This document shows positions 21,088-30,235 of a stretch of 60,000 nt of DNA, piece after piece. The DNA is taken from NCBI GenBank assembly GCA_013239625.1, contig MU053431.1, forward strand, positions 1,392,485 through 1,452,484, in the 5' to 3' direction. How positions within the stretch are numbered: position 1 is the stretch's first letter; the number at the start of each line of letters is the position of its first letter. The position numbers and the translations under genes are program-made. Source of the DNA: Lama guanicoe (taxonomy: Eukaryota). The notes under the pieces were generated by a model. The model was not told where the DNA came from and did no database searches. It saw only the letters and a list, made by a program, of their open reading frames with translations.

Positions 21088-22017
21088 TCACTTCCAGCAG
21101 TGCTCCAGGGAGCTGTGGGGCTGGAGCTTGAGCTTCTGGGGGCAGAGCAGCTTGGCGAAGGCTCGGCGGAAGCTGTGGTGGCACAGCGGGTAGAGGACAG
21201 GGTTGACGGCCGAGTTGGCCCACAGCAGCCAGAAGGACGTCTCGTACCAGTAGTCAGGGATGCAGTGGCCATGGCAGGCGGCCCGGATGATCATCAGGAG
21301 AGTGTACGGGGCCCAGCAGAGCCCAAAGATGCTCACGATGACTGCCAGTGACTTGGCCACCTTCTTGTCCCGCGAGAGCCGGAAGCGCTGGGTGATGCTC
21401 TGGGACACCATCTTCATGCGCTTCTCCAGGGATCCTGAGGACGCAGATGGCTTGGAGCCCCTCTTGAGCGAGCGGGGCCGCTCGGTGCCCCTCGAGGAGC
21501 TGCCGGAGCTGGAGGTGGGTGAGGCCACAGCACCCCCACCGCTGCCACCCCCGAGGGCCACCTCCCCAGCCTCAGTGCCTGGGGCCACCTCACTGACCCC
21601 AGACCCATGCTGATGCAGCGGCACGGCTTCCCCGCACCCCTTCTGCCAGCAGCCCCAGCAGCCGGAGGCGGCGGGCAGTGGAGAGGGCTGGGCCTCGGGC
21701 ATGGGCTCCGAGCCCGCCACCTCACGCGCCCCATCCAGCCGGACGCGTGTGCGCCTCTGGATGTTCAGGTAGATGCTCAGGTTGAAGAAGGTGACACTCA
21801 GGAAGGGTGTGAAGAACTCAAGGGTGGAGGCCGTGATGAGAAAGTACCAGTTGTAGAAGAACTCAGCATAGCAGTGACCCTCGGGGATGGAGCTGCCCCC
21901 TGACAGGTACTCCCAGCTGAGGATGGCCGGGCCATACAGCAGGAAGGCCAGCACCCACACCAGCACCATCTTCCACACTGCCCGCCGCGTGTCACCCTGC
22001 TGCGCCCGGTAGGAGAC
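21088..22017 (-). CDS. HRH3: Histamine H3 receptor exon 3 (TM4-TM7, ICL3, C-terminus ...LEHCWK*); spliced CDS 1350 nt = 449 aa
   Basis: Acceptor CTGCAG| at 22018; VSYRAQQGDTRRAV..EFFTPF..KVAKSLAVIVSIFGLCWAPY..NSAVNPVLYPLCH. Confidence 0.97.
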   Translation of the reverse strand, partial: VSYRAQQGDTRRAVWKMVLVWVLAFLLYGPAILSWEYLSGGSSIPEGHCYAEFFYNWYFLITASTLEFFTPFLSVTFFNLSIYLNIQRRTRVRLDGAREVAGSEPMPEAQPSPLPAASGCWGCWQKGCGEAVPLHQHGSGVSEVAPGTEAGEVALGGGSGGGAVASPTSSSGSSSRGTERPRSLKRGSKPSASSGSLEKRMKMVSQSITQRFRLSRDKKVAKSLAVIVSIFGLCWAPYTLLMIIRAACHGHCIPDYWYETSFWLLWANSAVNPVLYPLCHHSFRRAFAKLLCPQKLKLQPHSSLEHCWK

Positions 22018-22329
22018 CTGCAGTGGGACACACTGGGTCAGGAGGGGAAAGGACAGAGCCCAGGCCAGTCGCTGCCCCCAGCTGCAGCAGGAACGTCGGC
22101 CTGGGAGCTCCCAGCAGCCTCTAGCTTCTGTGCTCACCCTTCCTTCACAGCAAACGCTTCTCCCTTAACCTCTATCCTCCTGTGAATCCCAGGCAGTCTG
22201 TGTCACACTCCTGGAGCCTTGGAACCTCCCTCAGATCAACCCAAATCCTAACCTTGTGCCAGGCTGCCTGTTTACCATGTCCCCACCAGTGTGCACTCCC
22301 CCAGGGTCATGTTATTGTCCCCTTCGACT

Positions 22330-22510
22330 GAGCAACTGCCGTGTGCCAGGCTCTGGGCTCTGCACCTGCTGATATCATCTTATTTAATCCTCACAGCTGC
22401 TTCACCATTATCTCCACGTTCTTGAAGGCTCGGGCAGGGAGGGACAGATCACAGGTGAATTGGCTCAAGGGGCAGAGCTGACCCCAAACCCACGCTCTTT
22501 GCATTCTGAC
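22330..22510 (-). mobile_element. MIR SINE in HRH3 intron 2
   Basis: GAGCA..TGTGCCAGG..ATCTTATTTAATCCTCACAGC..ATTATCTCC is a reverse MIR pattern. Confidence 0.55.
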
Positions 22511-23072
22511 CCAGTGCGTCTCTAGACTGGACACATGAGGGCCCCAGCAGAGGGCCCTGGGGTACTCGATAAAGCTGTCAGAGGGAACATGAGAAGGCAC
22601 AGGAGTGACCTCTGCTCAGTGCTGCTGGCCACATGCCTGCATGGCACTGACATGGGAAGTCCAGGCAGTCCAGGGTCCCTGACTCTTGGTGGCCACCCAC
22701 ATCCAGGAAAGCTTATGGAACCTGTCTTCCTGGGGCACACACCGGCAGGGAGGTACCACCCTCAGATCCTCCCTCAGCTCCAGGGACTCGAGACCTGCTC
22801 CAGAGTGGAAGCTGAAGTGACCCCTTTCCTTCAGGTCCATATTGTGCCCTCTGCCTGAACCAGGACCAGCCCTACTAGTGGCAAATGGCTACTGAGTGGG
22901 CAGCTGGCCATAGAGCTCCAGGTGTGTCAGGTGTGAGGCCAGTGAGGACCAAGGCCACCCAGCACCACCCACACCTTGGCAGTGGCTGCACACCCTGCCC
23001 AGGGCTTCCCCTGGCCACTGCTGACCGCCCGTCCCCGAGGGCTGAGTGCGGGCCCCCACAGCCCAGACTCAC

Positions 23073-23239
23073 GGCTCGGGTGACCGACAGGAAGCGGTCA
23101 TAGCTGATGAGGACAATGTTGAAGACGGACGAGGTGCAGAGCAGGTAGTCCACCACCAGCCACAGCTTACAGAGGCCCCGGCCAAAGGGCCAGCGGCCAG
23201 TCAGCACGTAGGGCACGTACAGTGGGATGCAGAAAGCCC
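23073..23239 (-). CDS. HRH3: HRH3 exon 2 (TM2 end to TM3, amine-binding Asp3.32, DRF motif)
   Basis: Acceptor TTCCCAG| at 23240, donor GCC|GTGAGT at 23073/23072; GAFCIPLYVPY..VVDYLLCTSSVFNIVLISYDRFLSVTRA; 167 nt. Confidence 0.97.
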
Positions 23240-24288
23240 CTGGGAAGAGGAGGGCCTTGGTGGGCCATGGCTGGACAGGGGTCTGGGGTCAGACCTGCCA
23301 CAGCAGAAACAGGCAGGACTTGGGGTCACACCGTGGGCCCCTTTCTGGGCCCAGCAATCCTCCCTCCACCTCATACCTGGGCACAATCTCTGCCCTGCAC
23401 TTGGCCTTCAACCCCTGCCCAGCCCCAGCCTCACTGATGTCCCCTGGACTCGGGGGCAGGAGGAAGACCTAGGCATGAGGGTCACTGGCCGGGATAAGAC
23501 CCGGAGCCTTGATTCAGTCATTCCCGGGCTTCCGTCCAGCCCCTCCCGGTGGCCCAAAGGAAGAAAGGTGAATTTCCTCCCTCTCCTCCGGCGCCACCGG
23601 ACCTCAGCTCTTGTTCCAGCTTTTGGACGGCTCTCCCTCATCAGCTCAGAAACCGAGAAAGCCTTTCTCCGGACTCAGAGGGCACTTGGCCGCCGCCACG
23701 AGGGCGGCTCCCACCGCCAAGCCCCGCTCTGAGCGTCTGGCAACAGCCCCAACAGGTGTCTGGCGCTCCAGCCCCCTCCTTGCGCCCCGCCCCCCAGCCG
23801 GCAGCAGCGCACGGACACGTGAGAGCGCGCTCCTCAGAGCATCTCCCCACCCCCTCGCCTTCCCCAGAGCCTCCTCTCCCAACACAGCTCTAAAAATCCC
23901 CCTTCCATGTCGCCTACCCCGAAACTCCCCCAAACCTCCCCCCAGAGCTCTCCCCATGTCCTGAGTCCGCTGCAGCCTTTGTTTGGCTTCGGCGCAGGAG
24001 CCAGCGCTGCACCGCGGCCGCAGCGCCTTGCGCCTTGCCGAGCGCCCGCCCGCCCTCTGGCGCCCCTTCCCCGGGGACATCCTTCCTCAATCCCAGTCCC
24101 GCGGCCGGGGAGGCAAGGAACTTCGCCTGTGCCCACCGCCCCACAAGTCCCGAACTCCCCCCTCCCCAGGCCGGGCCCCCTAGCATAGCGTGTCCCCGAG
24201 GAAACGGCACCCTAGGTCCGCGCTCCAAATCCCGCTGGCCCGACCCTGCCGGGCGCCTCTGAGCTCAGGCGGGGGCTGGGGGATTTAC

Positions 24289-24541
24289 CCACGAGGAAGT
24301 CGGAGATGGCGAGGTTGAGCAGAAAGAAGTTGTTCTGTGTGCGAAGGCTCGAGTCGGCCACAAAGGCGAGCATGACCAGCGCATTGCCCAGCACAGTGGC
24401 CACGATGAGCAGCGCCATGAGCGCCGCCAGCACAGCGGTCCAGGCGGCGGAGAAGCCGCGCGCCCCGCCCGCCGCCGCCGCCGCCTCGCCCGTCAGCGCC
24501 CCCGACGCGTTCAGCGGCCCGTCGGGCGGAGAGCGCTCCAT
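24289..24541 (-). CDS. HRH3: HRH3 exon 1 coding part (N-terminus, TM1, TM2)
   Basis: GCCATGG Kozak; MERSPPDGPLNASG..GNALVMLAFVADSSLRTQNNFFLLNLAISDFLV; donor G|GTAAAT at 24289/24288. Confidence 0.97.
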
Positions 24542-24916
24542 GGCCCCTCCGGCTCACGCGGCGCCGGGGCGCGGGGCAGGGCGCGGACCGCCTGCCGGGC
24601 GGCCAGGAGGGGCCCCGGCCCGGGAGCCTGGTCTTTGCGGGCTCTCGGCCGGGGCGGGTTCCCCGGGGGGTGCCCGGCGCATGGTCCGCGGGCGCCGAGG
24701 CCGGGGCCGGGGCGGGCGGCGCTGAGGGAGCCCGGTCCGGAATCTGAGCCGAATGGGGTCAGCAGCACGACCACTGCAGCGCGAGCGGAGCCAGAGCGGA
24801 GATGGAGCCAGAGCCGCTGCCGGAGCGTCCGTGCGCCCCGAGTGCCGCGCGCAGCGGAGTGCGCCCGGCTCCCCGATGGCTGCCGCCCTCGCCCCGCCCC
24901 CGCCCCGCCCGCCGCC

Positions 24917-24937
24917 GCCAGCACCACGGACAGCGCC
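24917..24937 (+). promoter_or_regulatory. RE1/NRSE (REST binding site) upstream of HRH3
   Basis: GCCAGCACCACGGACAGCGCC matches the consensus TTCAGCACCACGGACAGCGCC at 19 of 21 positions. Confidence 0.9.
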
Positions 24938-25769
24938 GCGTGCCCGCCGGGCCGCCGGAGCCCCAGCCCGTGCGTGCACCGCGGCGCGAGAGCTGGGGCC
25001 TCGCCTGCGGTCAGCCGGCCAGCACACACAGGAGCCAGTCTCTGGGCTGCTCCGCCTGCCCCGTGCCCTCGGCCCCAGTGACCTCTGGCCGTCCCTCGTC
25101 GGGAGCCCAGGCGCTTGCGGGGGCCTGGAGTAGGGCACCCAGCTCAGGGGAACTTGCCCAGCTGGACCCCCTCCTCGTTGCACGCTTCGGGCAAGCAGGT
25201 CTCGGATGGGAGGGGGTCTCCAATAGCCAGTGCCCTGGCCAGGGGTTTGCTCCACCCCCCATATGCATGGGACTCTGGGTCTCAGTCTCCCCATAGGCAG
25301 GGCCCAGCGCAGGGTCCAGGGTGACCTGCAAGGCGCAGACAGATGTGGAAGTTACATAAGGAAAGACGGGGAACCAGTGGACCTAGCCCGGAAGGGAGCG
25401 TGTCCACCCCGAACTCAGATGTTCCTAGGTTTAGAGAGGAGGGACCACTGGCTGGGAGCCCCGCCATGGGTCCCTCCCAGCAGGCGGTGCGGTGGGGTGG
25501 TCACTGCTGCAGGGAGAGTTGAGGTCACTGCGCTCTTGGGGTGCAGCCAAGGCAGTGGTGCTGCGTTAGCGCCTGCGGAGGGGAAGGGAGAGGAGAGGCG
25601 CCGGGAAGGAGGGCCCCCTCCCCCCAGACACACACGCTCAAATAGACTGGGTCAAGGACGACACACACAGCAAGACAGACAGACACGCCCACGGGCAGAC
25701 AAACAGACACCCACAGACCAGGGAAACAGCCACCCAGCGTCAGACTGGGGACCCACGAATGGCAGTTAG

Positions 25770-25788
25770 ACACACACACACACACACA
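25770..25788. repeat. (CA)9 microsatellite
   Basis: Read directly from the sequence. Confidence 0.9.
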
Positions 25789-28672
25789 TCAGACAGCAGA
25801 CAGCGAGGGAGCAGTGCCCGAGGGAGAGGGAAGCAGCGACTTTGTTGCCAGCAGCACACATCTGCAGAAGCCTCAAAACGGAGAGAAATGCATGAGTCTG
25901 CCTTGGGGGTGGGGCAGCGAGGCTGGACGAGGAGGGGCTGCTGAGGGACCCCAGGCGCGGGGACACACACAGGCATTCCCATACTTACAGCAGATTTGTG
26001 ATCATGCTGGGACCCATCCCTCTCCCAGCCCCAAGAGGTGCTTTAAACTTTGGCGGGTGGGCAGTGCGGGGCTGCCTCTCCCCCCAACCCCGCCTGCAGC
26101 TAATTGCAGGGAGGAGACCCCAGACCCTCACCCCTGCCCCAGTGGATGCAGGATTCCATGGCTTTTCTCAACCTGCACTGGAGGAGCGGTGTGGGGCTCC
26201 AGCCTACCTTCCCAGAAGCCTTCTCTGAGTACCAGTCTCCCCTCCACCAGCAAGCCCTGCTCCTCTTTTAGGCTCCTCCAGCTCCCCCTTACTGCACCCC
26301 GACTTGCCTGGTGGGCAGAACTATACCAGGACCAGGCACTGGCTGGTGGTTGGACAAACTGAGGTGGAGAGTTCCGGGAGTGGGCAGCAAGGTGGCTGCC
26401 ACCGTCCAAGCCTTCCCAGGCTTTGGTGCTGGGTAAGGATTTTCCATCCCTGTGCTCAGCCAGCAGCTCCCTGTTGCGTGGACCCCACCAGGTCAGGCTT
26501 CTTCCGCATCATCCCCGCCCCAGGCCTCTGGAGTTGGGTGGGGGTTGAGAGGGGGCCTCTGGCTCTCTCCTCGCTGGCCAGGAGCCCCATGCCCAGCCTC
26601 AGTGCCCTGTCTTGGGATGGGGGCTGTGTGTTGCTTCCTGTCCAGGGTGGAGGGCTGATTTGAGGGGAAGTCTGTGCAGAGGGCGCCCAGTTAAAGTCTC
26701 AGTCAGGCCGGGCCCCGCTTGTCCTCATAGGTCTCAGGGTTCTTGGGCTTCCGCTGGTGGTCTCTTGCCCCCTGGCAGCTGGAGCCAGAGCTGGGGTGGA
26801 CTCAGTGCAGACCCAGATGCTGAGCACCCAGCTGTGCGACTTGGGGGAGCCCCTGAATCTCTCTGAGTCTGGAGAGCTTCCTCTCCAAACTGAGGCCATC
26901 AGGAGAGGGATGGCCACAGTTGCCCAGAGAGCTGAGGTTGACCATGGCTGTGGGTGGTGGGCGCCCCACATCACCACTTACATGCAGGACCTCACTAGCA
27001 CCCCCTTCGCCCTACAAGGTGGGTAGGACCAGCAGCTGCACGGAGCTAAGAAGCCACCTGTCCAAGGTCACACAAGGCCAGAGGTTGCTCCACACTCCTG
27101 GCCCAGCCCTGAGGTCACGGCCCCTGAGACCAGCAAATGTACCAACTCTCAGGACCTTGAATCCTCTGGGCTGGACAGGAGCCTTGAATTCTCTGGAGCG
27201 GGCCCCACTTAGCCAAGGCAATTGGGGTAAAAGAATCAGGCCCCCAAGAGGCTGTCCACAGGGCATCTTATCCTGAGGTCTCATCCCAAGGGGTGGGCAT
27301 TTGGGCCCCAGGATGGCAGGGAACCCTCCAAGGCTCTGGGAAAGTCTGGCTGAGGGTTGGGGGACAAGGACAGGCCCCTATTCTCAGCTCACTCAGACCC
27401 CTCCCACTCCCGAGAGAGTGGCCTGAAGCCTGAGTTTCTCCATTTGTCCGAACAGCCAGCATCTAGGGTTCAAAGTGTCCAGTCCAACATGGAGGCCATT
27501 GGGCAAAGAGCTCATTCACGTAAGCCCTAGCCGGATGCGCAAAACCAGATCCCCTGCAAACCCCTCCTTCACACAGGAGATCGCTCGCTGGCTGACTGAC
27601 TCGTTCATTCATCCGTTCCACAAGGTTTTACGGAGCTCCTTCTGAATATCAAGCCCTACCCTACGCCGCCCTAGTGGGGGGCCAGCACAGCGCGGGGAGT
27701 ACGCAGTGCGCCTGACGGCCACGCGCTCCAGGGAGAGAAACGGAGCCAGGTGGCGGGTGGACCGCGCCAGGGCACGGGATCCCTCGCGCCCAGAGAGCGG
27801 AGGACAGGGGGCGTCGCCACTCTGTTAGGGCTCATTGGCCCCCATCAGCAGGGGGGGTTGGGGCCGCTGTTCACAAAGTGGCCAGGGACAAGTGTGGGAT
27901 TCAGGGCCCTCCTGGCACCGTGGCGCCTGCTGTGTGACTCTTACTGTGAATGGACAGAGCATCTACCCCAGCCTGAGAAGGAACAGTCACTGGGGCTCAG
28001 AGCCTCAGAAATGAGGGCGTGGTTCACACCCCCAGGAAGGCTCCCCAAACTTGCGGAGGTGACAGCTGAGGAGGGGTGTAGGCTGGAGAGTGGAGGAGGG
28101 GTGAGCACATGCTGAGGCCCTGAGACCAGCTACAGCGAGGGGCTGTCTGCCTGCCTCCCTCTCACCGAACGGAGCAGAGAACGTGCGGCACGGAGGTGTG
28201 CCTTTCAGAGGGCCCTCCAGGAGGACCCTGCAAGGAGGAGGGCAGGTGGTCAGCCCCAGCTGCAGTGCCACCTTCCAGCTGAGAGCAGTCTCTTCCCCCA
28301 GCATCTCCCTCCTGGCCACTGTGGTGCGGGACCCCTCTGTGGGTGATGCCTTCTGGGGCTCCTGCGGGGCTGGCTGGCTTTCTCAGAGGAGCACCTCAGT
28401 CCCACCTACCCTTCTCCCTGCCCGGGCGTCAGACCTGCGCGGCAGTTTGAAGGCTCCTGGCCTGTTCCCTCGCCCTTGATCTTTCACAGGTGTCCCCACT
28501 AACCTCACGACCTTGAACCTTGACTTGGCGTCTGCTTCCTGGAAGACCCAAGTCGACACAAGTCAGGTTTTGATTCTGAAAGGATGGCCAGGGAGCCTCC
28601 GCTGAGAAGGGGATTGGAGCAGAGACCTGCAGGAGGGGGCGGGATGCAGCGGGTGGAGATGCAGGAAACAGC

Positions 28673-28716
28673 GGTCTGGCGGAGGGGACCGCGGGTCTGG
28701 CGGAGGGGACCGCGGG
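28673..28716. repeat. Perfect 21-bp tandem duplication (GGTCTGGCGGAGGGGACCGCG x2)
   Basis: Read directly from the sequence. Confidence 0.9.
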
Positions 28717-29884
28717 AGCCGAGGACGTTGGGTAGCAGCCCGTGCGTCTGTGGCTGCAGCACAGGGTTGGGGGGAGGGTTGGGGCGGAGGAGGGGCGAGG
28801 TGCCTCGAGCCTTGTGAGGAGCTGAGAGGGAGCCCAGGGCGTTTTGAGAGATAATGTGGCAGGACTGCCTGCTTCGGGGCAGCACGGCCTCTGCTAGGGG
28901 AAGGCAGAGAGAAGTGGGGAGGTGGCTGCAGTGCTCCAGGTGGGGATGGCGGTGGCAGTGGGGGAGGGGAGACCGGCTGGACTCCCAGTGTCTTTCGAAG
29001 CTGACACAAGAGGTGTGTGAGAGAAAGATGGGTCAGGGTTGACTCCAGGATTTTGGCTCAAATATGTGGAGGATGGCGTTGACACAAATGGGCCAGGGAG
29101 TCTGTGGAAGGAGTAGTTTGGAGGACAATGGGGTACTCGGATTTGAGTGTTGAGAGGCAATTGCCCACTGGACCTTCTGGAGGAGAAGTCGTCAGGCCCC
29201 CAGGCCCAGCCCCAGCCCTGGAATCTGAAGCCTGACCCAGCCATAGCCCACCCACCTCTTTTAAGTCTGGGGCCACAGGACCCCCGGGCTGGAGAGACCG
29301 AGCTGGATGTCACAGCCTCAGCACAGAAGGACGCCGTTCTGGTCATTCAGGGCCGTCACAGGGCAGCAGGCTCTCCCTCCAGCCGCCTCACTGTGCTAGA
29401 AAAACCTTTCTCCTTCAACAGACTACATGCCCTGCACTGGCGCCCACGGAGCCCCACCCTGCTGCGCGGGGACGTGGCCACTAACGAGGAATGATTAGGG
29501 ATTGGAGCTGCCGGGGGCCAGCTGCAGGGCCATCGCCCTGCTGGTCATGGCCCAGGCATTTTTGCCCAAGCACTTGTCAGGATTCTGAGTCCACCTCTTT
29601 AGGGGAACTGCTGTTGGCTTTCTCTCTTTCTGCAGGAGCTCATTTGAATATGGGAATGCAGATTTTTCTTTTTTTGTTCCTTGTCTTCTTTTTTTCCCCC
29701 CAGTGACATTCTGAGACAGCTCCTGGTGCGTCCTGAGAGATCAGGGCCCGGTTGTGATCAGAATGTTCCCCAAGGCCACTGATTAGGAATAAATACTGAA
29801 TCTGATTTCCCTGCCTTTAGGGACAAGGCTGAATTGGGCCCAGGGCCCAGGTGGCAGGAAGGAGAGAGGGGACAGGAGAACCAG

Positions 29885-30235
29885 GGATATAGTTGCTGTG
29901 GTTTGGCTGCTAATGACAAAAACCAACTCAAAAAAGCCTCAGGAAAAGGAGTGTTTATTGCTGCCCATGGCTGTAAAGTCTAGGGGGTGGACTTCAGATA
30001 CAGCTGCACCCAGGAGCTCAAAGACCTGGTGCTTCTTTTCACCCATCTTTTCTCTGTGTTCACCTCATTCCCAGCAAGCAATATCTCCCTGAGTTCTCTC
30101 CTTGAAGCGCCGGGCTGCTTTCCTGTATTCTCATCCACTTCCCAGGAGGAACGGCGCTGCCAACAGAACTCCAGAATTAGCCCCCTTGGCCTGACTGGGA
30201 CAATCATGGTGGCCAGCTGGGGCAGCATGGCCTGA
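29885..30235. mobile_element. Old MaLR LTR (MLT1J/K/L-like)
   Basis: AAAAACCAACTCAAA..AAAAGGAGTGTTTATTG..AAGTCTAGGGG..CTTCAGATACAGCTG..CCAGGAGCTCAAA pattern. Confidence 0.55.

Larger units (their letters stand above)
23650..25130 (-). promoter_or_regulatory. HRH3: CpG island covering the HRH3 promoter, 5'UTR and exon 1, with a GC-box cluster at ~24888-24912
   Basis: Very high GC and CpG density; tandem CCCCGCCCC boxes. Confidence 0.85.

Noticed and set aside
22018..22137. N-terminal part of the 349-aa ORF as an alternative HRH3 start
   Set aside because: It is open intron 2 sequence upstream of the exon 3 acceptor and starts at GTG; TM1-3 come from exons 1 and 2.
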